Positions 48,025-61,249 are shown, counted from the stretch's first letter. The stretch is 64,000 nucleotides of DNA from Amoebophrya sp. A120 (GCA_905178155.1 CAJINV010000001.1:4240233-4304232), one strand, 5' to 3'. Numbers and translations are program-made. The notes: generated by a model not told the origin, from the letters alone.

Positions 48025-51000
48025 CTAAACTAGCGGCGCAATGCCCTCGTACTTCCCGTCCTTGTCGTACCGGATTTCCATGACGTCCTGCACTTGTTTG
48101 TGGTTCGAGAGCCGCGCCGTGAAGAATTCCACTTTCACACTCTGGTCCGGCAGGCGACAGAGCGCCCAAATCACGCAACTTGTCGCGCCGGTCAAAGGCG
48201 AGTCCTGGTGACTACCATAGTATTTCACCCGCACCTTGAACGTGATTGCGGACGAGGGGGGTTCGGCACTGTTTGTTGCCTTTTTCTCCTCTTCTGCCGA
48301 CGCTGTAGTTCCACCCCGACCATCTCCCCGATTTGCTGTTGTTGTTCCACCTCGTCCGCCCCGGCCGCCAAACAAACCGCCCGTCATGGTACTTAGCAAA
48401 CTCCGCCCCTGATTGCCTGTAGTTCCTTCACGTACTCGAGCTTCAATTTCCTCGCTAACGCTGCGGTAGACCTTGGGTGCTATTTGTGACAGGTCGTCGG
48501 CGGGCGGCTTGTAGCCCGGGTTCTTCAGTAAGTACACCTCCGGCCCGTAGCCCTGCGTGAAATCCCGACTCAAGTAGCCGCCCATCGCGCTTTCCCGATT
48601 GCCGTAATACACCTCCTCCCCGGTAGGTTCAATCACGTGCAAGTCGAGATCTGTTTTATCCGTGTCCCAGGCGAGCCAAACGCACAGATTGCACTCCTTC
48701 CACTTCTCAGGAGTGGGGAATAGAAGCTGAAAATCGTTCAGCGGCGGCTTGCACTTCTCCATGAAAAGGGGGGGGTATAATGTTGGTGTCAAGTTAGTAT
48801 CCCGCAGCTGCACCTCCTCGCGGATGAACTGCATCAGGATCAGCGCTGGCCACTCGACCTCGGTGAACCGGCCGGCCCAGTTGTGGGTGACGACGCGCAG
48901 GGCCTGGGACAGAGCGAGGTTGCTTCCAGCGTTTATTTCATCGTCCAAGGATTTTTTCTTTCCGTCGCGGAAGATGAATAACAGCCGCAGCCTCGCGAGC
49001 GCCATATGAATTGTAAAAATGTCTGGGTCTGGAAACTTGTGATGCAGGTCACTGAATAATACAAATACCCACACCGCAATGCACCGCCAAGCATGACAAG
49101 TTTTTTCATGGCTCTGTGTTGCGTGTTTCGCATGAGAAACTGCGTGTTTGCATGACAGGCAAGAGGAGCTCTTTGTCGCCATGCAATACAGATCCCAGTC
49201 CAGAGTCATGCCAGACTAGCATGACAAATCTCGCAATCTCCCAGACCCAGACATTTTTACATTTGATACGCCATGTCGAGAAACGACTGCGGCTCGACGG
49301 GGCAGATCTCCGCGACGTGGTCAAAAATCGTGATTGCCAAATTATTCCCCGCTTCGCTGTTAACGGAGAGAAGGTAGTACGCAACGGTGCGGAGGAGTTG
49401 CGGCTCCTCCAGGCTTAGCTCCAGACAGTTCGAGGCAACGCGGATCCCGTCCTGGATAAACCCGCGGTCGCGGAGCTGCCGGGCACAGGACAGGAAGAAC
49501 GAGGGCGAGCGCTTGTTGACTTCCTTCAACTGGAAGTAGACGGCTGTCGCTTGCATAGGCAATTCTTCCTGTACGTCTGTCGGTTGTGTTTGTTTCTGTA
49601 TTTCAGGCAGCACCGAACGCAGTTGCGCCTCGTAGAGCTCCGGGTCCGTAGAGGCGGTCACTGCGGGACCAGCTGCACTGACGCCGGGGGCCGTCGCACC
49701 TTCTTGTTCAGCAGCACCAGCACTTTTCAGTCCTGCCGGAACACCACGACTACGACCACCCCAGGTGGCGGGCGCGGCGGGAGCAGGTGGTGCTCCCCCG
49801 CCAAGAAGAGCAGCAGATGCAGGCAGAGCATCCGTCATTACAGAATTAACGGACTCCATCATCATCATCGGTGCCTCGCAGCCTTCCAGGCCGAATTCCA
49901 TCGCGTCCTCTTCCTCGTCCTCAACAACTTCGCGCGCATCAGGCGCAAAACCGCGCATCGCGCCCTGCGGAGCCGCAGCTGCCATCCGCATCATTCGTGG
50001 GGCTGGTGCGGAGGCAGACATGAGAAACAACCCATCTCCACCTCCGCCCTTTCCGCCCCCTTTCTTTCCACCTCGTCCACGGGTGTTCTTTCTTTGCCCC
50101 TTTCTCTTAACCCTTGTGCGCTCCGCCATTTCTCCGCCAATGAAGTCGTGCAATCGCGTCACCAGTGCGCCCACCGTTTTTTCGTAAACTTCCACCCGCT
50201 TCAATGTTCCGAGCTCGTTTTTACTGGAAACTTTGTCGTCTTCCGAGTCTGATGTGTCACTGTCGGCTTCGAAGATGGACTTGGGCGGCTTGTTCTTGTT
50301 TTTCGGACTGTTCTTCCCACTTGCTTGTCTTTCCTCCCACTCGGCGCGAATCGGGTGCGATAGTGGTGGAGGCACGTCATTCTCCCGAAACTGGGCCTCC
50401 GTGTGGAGTAACAGCAACGAGTATCAAAAGGAAAAATCCCCCCTCCTCATATCGAAAAGATATTTTTCCGAAAATTTGCGTTGCAGATTTGTGGCCACAA
50501 ATCGGGCCTGTCTTGCAAGAAGGCACGCTCAGGCTGTCCGCCACGCTATGCTGGCGCTTTGTAATGCTGTAAGGCCTACAGGGTAGCCGTCTACCATGCT
50601 AGGCGCCTACACCAAAAGGCCCCTGCCTAGGCTCAGGATCTGCGTGCGTTCCTCTACTGCAACACAAATTCGATTTGTGTATCCAAATCCAGCATCAGAA
50701 ATTTCGTTTTGATATGGGGAGGGGGGATTTTTCCTTTTGATAACGAGGCCTCCGGACTGCAAAAACAGTAGCGGACCGCAAGCTCTTCCTGAATCTTCGA
50801 CAGATTCAGGCCCGAGCGCAGCGCGTCCTTCTGGATACACTGGTACTGGGTTTCTGCGTAGAGGTATCCAAGTAAATCTTTTCCAAAGGAGAAAGCGCCT
50901 GTGAAAAAAGATGAGGCCGTAGAAGCGGGTTCTTTTGTGAACTGCAGTGTAAACGTCTCCAGGGCGCCGTCTCTGCCGCGCACTTCCACGGTCGCCTCAG

Positions 51001-52546
51001 TTACTTCGTCACCAACGATGCCCGCGATTATCACGTCTTCGTGCTCCAAGGGTATGTCGTGAAAAGCGAGGCGGTGGTCGGGAAAGCAGCGAAATCCGTC
51101 GTCGTACTCTAGTTGGAACGCCTCGTCACTCTGGTTCGACGTAATCCGATGCAGGCGCGCTTCTTGTGGTGCACGGATTCCAGACACTCCCTCCTGGAGG
51201 ATTCTCTCGAGCATTTGTGATTGGGCACCGGCGCTCTGCGTAGTATTCTGCTTCGCCGTTGTAGTTGTGCTTTCAATACAGATTTTTACCAGACGACCCG
51301 GCCTGGCCGCGTTCGCGAGCGTAAGTGCTCGCAAAACCGTGGCATTCTGCTGCGCGGACTCGTCTGCGATCACGTGCACAGTGGTTTCGCCGTCTAGGGG
51401 ATATTTCGCGAAATCTGGCGTGCGTCCGAAAACGTCGAGCCCGTCAGTAAAAACTAGTGCGGTTCTTGTGACTACAGTCGCGGCATCATTTTCGTCGTGG
51501 GAAAGTCGTGCCATCACTTTGGCAAGATGTATCGGTAACTTCGAAACATCTGTTCCGCCGTCGTACTTCAGACTTCGCAAAACCGCTAGAAGAGAGTCTA
51601 CTCCGTGATAGGCGGAGTTCGTGGCAGCTTTATGCTCTTTCATCTCCATGTCAAACGTGTGCAGTGTGAAGCCCAAGAAGCTCTTTGTTGGTTTCAATTT
51701 CCGGAGCACTTTCTCCAGTTCCACCAATCGCTTCTCCGCCCCGTCTTCTCGGCTACCCGACGTGTCCCAGAAAACGGAGACAACGGCTGGCTGGTCCTGC
51801 GATGTTGTCCCAGATACGGCAGCGGGGGTTGCACCAGGACTACTAGCAGCAGCCATCTCGGTCTGTGAAGACATTCGTGGCGGAACCCGGATCGCAAAAT
51901 GCTTGGCTCCGAAACAATCCATTACCACACACGCTGGCTCAGTAGGATTTGGAGCCGACGTCGCTGCTGTTGTACTAGAACTTGCACACCTGGAGTAAAC
52001 GAACCCGCTCTCGATATTGCTTTCCGCCAAGAGCAAAGGGCTCAGCCGTGCCTTCAAGTCCTTTTCCAGTGACGCAGCCCCTCCTTCCCCCACACTGCTC
52101 ATCGTCGCGAGCACCTTCACCCGGCACCGCGTCGGCACCTTGGGCAGGATCGGAAAAAGCTCCATCTCAAAAACGTTGCTGCCCCCGACCTGCGTCCCGG
52201 CCCCGACGCTGCGTCCGGCCTCCTTTTCCTTGTAAACGATTTCCTTGGTTTTCTTTTTCGGTACCGCCGTGGCGGGAACGAAGACACCATCCTTCGTTTC
52301 AAGGTCCAACTGGACGACACGACAAGAATTTGGCAAGGGGAGCCGAAGTTTCGCGGTGGTCTCCTTCGCCGTTTCGCGATTTTCCAGTGTGATATCGACC
52401 TGCAGGAGGGATTTCTGAAGCCGTTCGCACGGAGCCTCCAGAATCTCGATTTTAGTAACGGTGATGGGAACGGAGGTAGCTTCGCCAAAAGCTCCACCCG
52501 TGCCGCCGGTGGAGAGCGAAGCGACGCAGTCTTTCAAGTCTGCCAT
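48025..52546 (-). CDS. VIT + vWA-like + DUF2135 (YfaP-like) domain protein; 3 exons separated by two introners
   Basis: VIT-like LRLPLP...ATAVPKKK...[10 protein letters not shown], vWA-like VFWDTSGS / YDGGTD / VFTDG, and DUF2135 [22 protein letters not shown]...[14 protein letters not shown]. Joins are PEAS|LLLLHTE and FLDMA|LARLR. Confidence 0.85.
49005..49268. mobile_element. Introner family C (divergent interior), 264 bp
   Basis: tatgaattgtaaaaatgtctgggtctgg ... ccagacccagacatttttacatttgata. Perfect TSD cgcca. Confidence 0.95.
50422..50742. mobile_element. Introner family E, 321 bp
   Basis: 36-bp TIR tatcaaaaggaaaaatcccccctc(c/t)catatc(g/a)aaa-type with 2 mismatches. Perfect TSD acgag. 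Confidence 0.95.
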
Positions 52547-53376
52547 GATTGGGGGTTGAGTTCTGGGTAAGTGGGGAGGCGATACAGAAAAAATTGAACG
52601 TGGGTGAATAAATACCAAAAGGGTATCGTCTGTGCTCGAATAATTTCGTAAGTAGTTCGAAGACTTTTGTACTTCTCAGCGGCGTGAACGTGATTCCAAA
52701 TTTCTCGTGCTGGACTGTGTATGTGCGAGTAATCAGTTCCGGTAGGCAGCTCGTAATACTAGAGAGACAGAGTCAAGATTAGTGTGGTTTTCACAATACC
52801 CACTTGTTCGTAAGGCCCTGAGGGAAGTTGCAACAATGCGAATGTTTAGAAACTGAAGGATCACCTTGTAAAATACCGGCTGCGGCAGCGGCTCCACCGT
52901 GAGATACAAAAGAACTCGGCCGCTCTTGGTTCTTATTGTGCTGGCCATAGCACCACAATGAAAAATAAAACCGACTCCGGACTCCCCTTGGAATAAAGAG
53001 GTCGCACAATAACAAAAATAGAACCGATCGAAGGATGATGATGGATGTGTGCCTGCACAACCAAAGATGAGCACTACCCCGGGTAATTTGGAACGTCTTT
53101 GCGGACTAAATTTTTCACCCACTTTAGTCGCGCTCCACGGGTCAGCTTGGTAAAAAAGCACACTTGTTCTTTACATATTGTCTTTTACGCAAATATGTAA
53201 CGCACTGATCACCCTCGGGTTCCTTTTGAACTGGCCTCTTACGTCGTCGTTCCTACTCCTGGTGAAGCTATTTTTCCTTCTGTTTTTTCAACAAAATTGA
53301 AGAAAATTTTTCGCAGGTGTCATCCTGATTCTGACAGCACCGAGCGCGAGCTGTGGCGTACATCTACATCATGATT

Positions 53377-54750
53377 TTATAGCTGTTCCTCGTGGATACC
53401 CTGAAACGGTCTGAGGTTTTGCCGCGACCTCAACTGACTTCTAGACGTTTTCCCAACTCCCTCTCGTCCACCAAACGGATTCAATCGCCCGACTTCCGTC
53501 GGCAGCCCGTAAATCGCCACGTACGCAACACTGCTCAGAAGAAGACCGAAGCACAAGGCGAGAAAAAAACCCAGATTCCGGGCGAAGAAAGTATCCGACC
53601 TTCCTTTCAATCCTGACCCATACTCATCCGAGTCTTCGTTTTGCTGGTCAAATTCGTCCGCTGGAATGCCGTAATGCGCAAGCAACGGCGCCAATTGCTT
53701 CCGTCGCTCAGCGCGCTCTTCCGGACTCACATGCGGCCGACGTAGGTAAGAATTGTACCTGCGAGATTTTGGATTGTTCGTGAAGGCAAGGACACGACAC
53801 CATGTCGTGATGCTCCTTCAAAACAAATATTAAAAGAACTAAATCTTCAAACAGAACCGACAATCAGGACACTAGGTACATGCACAAAAATTCTGGATTT
53901 TATACTCGAGTAGCATCATAAATTTCTCCTCGACGGTTGGTGTGTCTACCCACTGCTGCTGCAACACGTCGCGCTTGTCCGGGGGAAGGGTTTCCAGGAG
54001 CAGGTTCTCCCACAGCTCTTCGAGATTTTCTGGCGGCTCTAGCTGGAACGGTGGCGCTGTTGTATTCATCGTTCCAGTTTGGAGGTGGCCGGATTGATCA
54101 AGATCATGACCTTCCTCGCGAGCAGCAGCTCCTGGTCGTGCGGTATTAGAATGGAAATCGAAGCCACTTTTTCCAGCCCGAAGGTCCGATTCTTGGGAAA
54201 GCAGCAGTTGCTGTTGCTCCGCGTCGGAGAAGAGCTGCGTAGCGGCCGCAGCAGTACTGGATGTGGAGGTTGAAGATGAAGAAAAATCGAACTTTTTCTC
54301 GTACGTAATTCCGTTGTAGCTCGAAGAAAGCATGTTAACCTCGTTCCGCTCATCATGCTCCAACAAAGTTGTGCCGGTTGTACGAGTTCCACCCCGTTGT
54401 GTTGAACGGTTCATATGTGGCTTGCGAAGACGAAGCTCTGCGTCTGCTGCGCCAGCACCTGATTGTCCACCTCCAGTATGGCGTTCCTGCAACAATCCAG
54501 CGTGGTCGACGCTCTCCTCCGCCGCAGAGCGGTTTTGTAGTTCTTCCAGAGTGCTGCGAATCAAGGCCTCGACCCCGATTTCAATGTCGATACGCTGCCA
54601 GTGCGCGTCGGAGAGAGAAGCAAGCCGGGCCACGGTCGCAATACGCTGCTTTTCCAGCCGCGCTTTCGCCTCCACAATTGCATCCGCGTCGTCCGGCGCC
54701 TGGCGAGCCAGAACGTCAAAGAAGTCATACCACGGGACTTCCGAAAGCAT
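53377..54750 (-). CDS. Hypothetical protein with C-terminal TM anchor; 5' end may extend upstream
   Basis: GT-AG intron 53759-53905 joins FMMLLE|YNSYLRRPHVSPEERAERRKQL. Hydrophobic segment FFLALCFGLLLSSVAYVAIY. Confidence 0.7.
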
Positions 54751-55324
54751 CTTGTGGCGTTTCTCCTGTGATGAAAGAGGGAGAAAAACTAACGAACAAA
54801 AGTTCTACACTGACGACGTCCCAACTACTAGCGGAGCTACTTTTCTACACAACATTTGACGTCGAGCCAGCCCAATGGGCTCTGTTTCGCTCAGGTCTTC
54901 CTCATCGCGGTGCGCGGCAACTAAGCTCGCTGCTTGTCTCGTAGAAAGCACTGAAATGAAATCGCACGTGCGCTGCTTAGCACCACCCGATAGCCGCCCA
55001 GCCAGAGAAATAAATGGAACACGACCACTATCGCGATATAGACTTGGACAGATGAATGGAGCTGGTGCCTTCTTCTTGAATACCCGCCGAAGCCGAACAG
55101 CGTCCTTATCGTACAGAAGTTGTTTACAAACCAACATTGTTGTGCAACTGAAGCAGCCAAAATCTTGTACGAGGTTGTGGTTACTGTAGTCTCAAAACAG
55201 TTTCTTTCTGGTACAAGAGTTTCAGTGCATTGTTCATATTTAGCTGTTGTTCGCGAGTTCTGAAAGAACATTTTTCGATAGGGAAGGATTTGTATGCAAT
55301 GTCTGCACCAGTTTGCTGCATCAC

Positions 55325-56718
55325 CTAGACGTTTCCTAGCGCCGCTTCCCTAGCGTCCTTTTCTGAGAAATAGACCGGATACCGGTCTCGTCTTCTCTTG
55401 TTCACTGCAGCCACGTCTTCTTCTTGGGCAAGGTCGTCCAGGTAGGCGCGCTTTGGGTTCATTTTGCGGTCCCTCTGCTTTTCCTTATTCTTGATCTCCA
55501 GCCCCGTGAACCTGATTTGCACAAAATCCATTTCAGCTTCGCTAACTAACATGGAGACCAGCATGACTTCAAGATCGTACAGACTAAGCAGTTCCAGTTT
55601 CTAAGTAATCCTGAACAAAACGCAAGCAAAAACGCGTCAATTGTAAGCAATACGGTGGCCTTTTGGCTGCGAATTTGTTTTTGGTTGGCATGCGGTGCTT
55701 CCGCAACTCGCCCATCAGGTCTATCCCGTCGTTCATGACGGTGGCCTTGTTCTCGGCTTTCAACGCGGCCACGTCTCCGCTGTTCCGCATGCCCGGGAAG
55801 GTCTTGCCGAGGTAGTGATTCAAGGACAGCGATTCCGCGTACTGGCTGTCCAGGGTGTGCAGAAAACTTGGCAGCGCTCGTATCCTGCTCGGGAGGGACT
55901 TTCTTTTCGTGTCGACCTTCACCTTCAGGGACACTTTACCCAGTTTTGGCGGAATGGGCTCGAGGTACCTGTTTGTGTTTTTGTGGAGCCAGGTGTCTTC
56001 GTACACGTAATAGTGCGCGCAGGTTGGTACTTTTGAATGGTTGGTGGCATTGCAAAATTCTAGCCGGGTGAAAGTGAAAGTGAAACAAAAAACTATACGT
56101 TGGCAGGGTATAGGCACATTCGTCACTGGCTGCGGCCATCTTGATTCCCGGCCTGGGAACTTGCTGGTATCCGACATACCTGTGATTTGTTTAGTTGAAA
56201 AACTTCTACTTCTTGATTGTGATTACCAAATGCAAAAAAACACTGTAGACTAGAATTTGCCCTTGCGACAACATGCGACAGAATGAACACGATCCAACAA
56301 ACAAGCTAAGAACAGCACATACTTTGCAGGTCTTCCGAGGTATTTGGGTATTTCTTCGATGGAATGCAAGCCCTCCACTTCGTCGAATCTGCCATCCGTC
56401 TTTCGATCAAACACGGTGGCAAACCCAGAGTAGTCCTGTTTTTTGTTGATGATAAACAACGGTGCTCAGGTACATGCTGATCATGTATTGACGCATCTTC
56501 AAAACGAGAACGGCGTAAGCAAGTAAGGCTAGCGAGGACGACATCAAAATCATTTTGAAAAGTTTCGTGACACCACACATGAATACCTTGTAGAACCGTG
56601 GGACCGGCTTTCCCTGCACGTCGCACAGCGCCGTATCCCCATTGCGTTGGTCGAACTTGTAGTACTTGCCCTCATCATAGTCGTAGATGATTTCCACCCC
56701 GACCTGACGCTTCTGCAT
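55325..56718 (-). CDS. Multi-exon hypothetical gene or decaying pseudogene
   Basis: Coding-like exons with GT donors at 56586, 56322, 56098 and 55653 (approximate). Clean GT-AG intron at 55584-55653. Frame ambiguity in the middle exons, and stops/frameshifts in coding-like sequence upstream to ~57745. Confidence 0.45.
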
Positions 56719-59051
56719 CTTCGCTTAGCAGCAGACTTGAAGTTGTACCACTCCACTGTCCAGAACGAATGAGCCGAATAAAAGCAAGATTTGCTTTATC
56801 TTTAACCTCCTCGCGGCGGTTTTACAGTAGATGGGAGGTGCAGGTGGCTGGCGGTGGTGGGCCAAGCCCTCACGGAACGACCAGCGGTCTTCTTTTGACG
56901 TAGATTGGTGATGCACCCGCTCGACCTCGACTACGACTGCGAGATTCGAGTTAATTTGCAGCTGCGACCGGCACGTAAGATCACGGACGTCGATGAGCGC
57001 GACGGTTTCAGCAAGTTCTGCGATGGGTCTGCTGCTTGACGTCTTTGTTTTCGTCTCGTCGGCACGACGTCTTCCGATGGATATCTTTTCTTTCTGACGT
57101 CAGCAACTGGGTTGAGCTTCGTTCTTCCGTGGACGTTCTGCTGACTGAAAAGGTGCAGGCCGTTTTCGCTCGGACCCTTCTGCAGACCTGCTGGTTGCTA
57201 CCACGCTCAGTAGGGAAGCTACCCGGCACCGCAAAATAAACTTCTTGCGCGTGAGTTAATCCCCTTCCTACGTCAGTCGATTTGGTTTGCAGCAGCTTCT
57301 GTGATGGCGGAGATGAGAAATCGGTCTCGACAAGTACTGCTTTACGCGTCGTTCCTGCGATTGCCCGTGCTTCCGCTTGTCGAGCAGTGTGTAGTTTTCC
57401 GTGTCCTCTCAACTACAACCGCTCGATCAGTAATTTTTTGCTACCTTTCTTTAGCTTCTTGCGCTATCGTGGACTTGGCCTATTCCCGATGAACAGACTC
57501 CTGAAGCTTTGCTCGCCTGGAAAAGTGTGACCTCGTGATGAAGCCCGGTCGTCAGAGGACGCGAGACGCTCTCCTTTTCCTCGGTGTCTTTGTTTTACCG
57601 TCGAACAACTGGGGAGACCGTCCGTATTCGTTTTTGTGACTGTTTGTGCAGCAGAGCACGCACTGCTCGACTTTGAGGAGCAGGAGGTAGTCGCTTCCGC
57701 TACGGAATAAAGGTGAAAATGCGGAACGACAACGCGTCGTAGCAAAAAATATCGGCAGCTCGTATCTTTCCGAATTTCTAGGCTGAACTTTTAATGCCTC
57801 TGTTCGGCTTCACTGAGGACAGCCCTGCTAGTGTATGGTGTGATCTGAACTCGATTTCTAGGAAGACCTCCAGCGCAATGACATGATTTTTCTCACCGCT
57901 TAACACACGAAGACGATCGTCTCGCGCAGCACTCTGGATTGAGGGGCAACCCTGTCTCTCGAACCAGAAGAACGCCAATCAATGTATTGGAGTAGGTAAT
58001 TCAATTTCACGAAGTCAAGTCGACGCTGTTCTCTCTATTTTCTCAATGAAGAGGACGACGCGAACTCTCTCAGATGCCGAGCTTCCCACGAATTAGCCTC
58101 GAACTGTGACGATGCGGCCTACCAGTGCCCATAACGCGACTGGTACTGAAAATTCAGTTTTATTTCGAAGTGTTTTTGTGCGGATTGATTCAATAATGAA
58201 TTGATTCTGCCTAGCACGCGGGCTTTCTTCATTACGGTTGAAAATGAGTCGTTTGGCTGAAACCAGAAACCAGACTATCAACGCGAGGCGTTCTGATCTG
58301 TCAAGGAAACTCTACTAGTGTCAAATTGAAAGTCTGCTAGAAAGTTCTTTGTACACGCTAAAAAATCTTTATCGATCTGGGTCAACATAGAAGTTGTGGA
58401 ACGCTATATCAAAAAGTAGATGAAAAGGGAAGAGACACAAGTGTCTACTGCATTTTTCTGAGCACGTCGCTTCGTCCTGTAACTACTCTTCATGCTTGCT
58501 ACGCTTCGTCATACGAGTATCCGACGGTCACTGCGAGCGTGCTGTAGCTGCGTAGTTTTCGAGGCCCCGTGAAGACGCTCGCTGGCCATACATCTCTCTC
58601 CACACACCAGGATTGGGAGCCTCCGGACGCCTCAGCCAATACTAGGTACATGTTGTCACTGAAAACCTGACACTACCGTCCGGCTTGCTCCAGTCTGTTG
58701 TGATGTCGGAAAGACATTGCTTACATCGAAACCAGATTGTGGTGCTCTACCTGTCAAGAATTCAATCCTGCGTTCGCCATCGCCGCACGCACGGGAAGGG
58801 GGTCTGTCATCCTCGATGACAACTTATTCCGGTTGCATGGGGCGGTCCGTAGTTTGTCAGCTTCTTCACTGCACAGGACACCACTCATCTTTCCGCCGGT
58901 CAGGGGGTCGAACCGAGTTCGGCGATCTCCGTTTCTGCGGTTAGTTTTGATCACACACTTTTCTACACCTTGGGAGATGACTTGTACACAACTAGGACGT
59001 CGGCGGGAGTGACGAGCTGCTTATTGTTATTCCAAACGTTCCGCATCAACA

Positions 59052-60645
59052 TCACTCCTCCTTCGCTTGTTTGAACAATTTTTGTCGTTTCTCCTCCGAC
59101 ATGCTGCCCACGAAGAGGCCCACCACCCAGTCGACGTTCAAGGTCGGCGCGGCGAAGTGGCGGCTGAGAACCCGATGGTGCTCCATGTGGCCCGCGGTGG
59201 AAACCCAAAAACCGGGGAGCCTCTCGCTGAGATCGTGCAGAAACGGGGTGTGGATCAGCAGATATCCTGTGCAAAAGTATCGTATTCGTACTAATTGCAA
59301 ATATGCATGACAAAACTTTTTCCCAAGGCAAAACAGCATTACAAATTCCACTTTCCTTCTTGCCAAAATCTGTAATGCAATTTATACTAGTACGATACTT
59401 TTGCAATGCATAGCAGATTGAAGAAGCTGATGATGAACCCGGCACGGAAGATATGGCGCTCTCAAATGTTACATTCTCAACTGTTGCATGGTTTGTCATG
59501 CAAAATCCCAATCAGAATCGACAGGATCAAGCTGCTTCGCATGACAAATTCCCGAAGGGCCAAACAGGATGGGAATCTGTGCCAAATCTGTCATGCAAAA
59601 GGCGCAATCTTCCCCCTTTCAGTTTTGCCATTCTTGCATCACAAATTCATGTAACAGCTGAGAGTGTAACGTTTGAGAACGCCATAAAAGAGAGCGGGGA
59701 CGTTGGGCTTCAGCAGTACGGTGGCGACCTGAAGTGCGGCAGAGTGAGAATTTTTGCGTTTGTTCAAGGTTTGAAATTGCATTTCATCACGCTGTTTTTC
59801 GTCACGGGTTTCACCATGATCTCGACCTGCGCAGATAAGAAACGACACCGAAAAACTGAAACTGATCTTCCGGAAAAAATAATCAAAAATTCAAGTACGA
59901 AAATCGGCAGCATGTAGGCCACGGCGTACTCCGCCCAGGACACCGCGTTTGCAACCATCGGCGTCACGGTGTTGTTGAATTTGTGGTGAAATCGGTGCAT
60001 CCAGTAGAACCTCCGCGTGTGCATAAGCACGTGGGCCAGGTAGTACCCAATGCTTTGGATCAGCAAGACGCCCAACATTTGCAGGAACGTAGTCCACCTA
60101 TCGTACTCACACCAACTGTAGTCCGGCGGAGAGAGTGGATCAAAAGGGAATTTTGTCACGTCACACGTGTGGCCAGGGAGGACGTAGTACCTGAAATAGT
60201 GGGGACGTAAAGAGTCTGGCTTCATGTATAGAATTGTTTGATGAGTCGAGGACTAGCATTGTTGAGGTAGAAATTTTAGAGAGCAACAAGACCAGCCAGC
60301 ACGAAAACCTGGCACAAAACCTGGCACGAAAACCAAAACCTGGCGCAATACTTCCCATTAATACCTGACATAGACCGAGAACATGGCGGGTGCGATCAGG
60401 TAGTGGTTGAAGAAGTTTTTGAAAACCGCACTCGCGTACAGTGATGGGTTCCCTTTTACCAATTTCAACGCGCTCGGTAGAGAAAAAAGTTCGAGAGCAA
60501 GTGTCAGTAGGATCGTGTAGTGGCTGAGCTTGTTGATCTCCTGGTACACGCGCAGCAGTTCCTGGTCCTCCCGCATGCTCGCCGCTTGCATCTTCAGACC
60601 GTCGGCCAGCTGCGCCTGGAGGTGAGAGACGTCGATGTCCACCAT
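59052..60645 (-). CDS. Sterol desaturase / fatty-acid hydroxylase family protein; 5 exons
   Basis: His boxes HVLMH, HRFHH, LLIH and HMEHH. GT-AG introns 60191-60364 and 59729-59898, plus introners 59452-59686 and 59263-59412. Confidence 0.88.
59263..59412. mobile_element. Introner family B, 150 bp
   Basis: tatcctgtgcaaaagtatcgtattcgta ... tactagtacgatacttttgcaatgcata. Perfect TSD gcaga. Confidence 0.93.
59452..59686. mobile_element. Introner family A, 235 bp
   Basis: tatggcgctctcaaatgttacattctcaactgttgcatg ... catgtaacagctgagagtgtaacgtttgagaacgccata. TSD gaaga/aaaga. Confidence 0.93.
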
Positions 60646-61249
60646 CTTTATGAGGCGCGAGATAGATGACACGGGGTGGTGATGAACTCACGTTTCAATA
60701 ATGTACTCCTTTGGCTAGATACTGCACCCAACGCCTTTCGAATTCATACCCGATCCATCCGAAATGAAAATTCTCTGTTTTTACCTGTCTACAAAAACAT
60801 GCGATCTTTCAGATCATTTGGTTACACTCAAGCGGGAAAATCCAGAGGATAGGGAAACGTGCAGGGTTCTGATTCTGATTGCATCTAGAAGTTCTACATT
60901 TCCCCCCTCCCTGTTGTACCCCATCACACATACCTAGACAAAGACATCACTCAAAAAACTCAATTCCGCATGCTTTTACTCTCTCCCGCGTCTTGAGCTC
61001 CTCTCAGTAGTGATGCCCCTAAATAAGCCTACCCATTTTGCTTGTTGCTTGAACAAGTGGCTTTTCTTTCTTCAGTTCCTGCTTTGCCTTTGCCCACGTG
61101 AACACGAACACATTTTTTCAAAACCAGCAAGAACAGGGTGGATGCGCATGCGCGTTTACACACTTATTGAAAAAACCTCTCTGTTGCTGTTGGACTCGAA
61201 ACAGGACAGCGTAAAACAAACATCAGTTTTTGATCTTGTGAGCGATTTC

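Noticed and set aside
60300-60343. cac(g)aaaacctgg short tandem repeat
   Set aside because: Simple slippage repeat inside an ordinary GT-AG intron.
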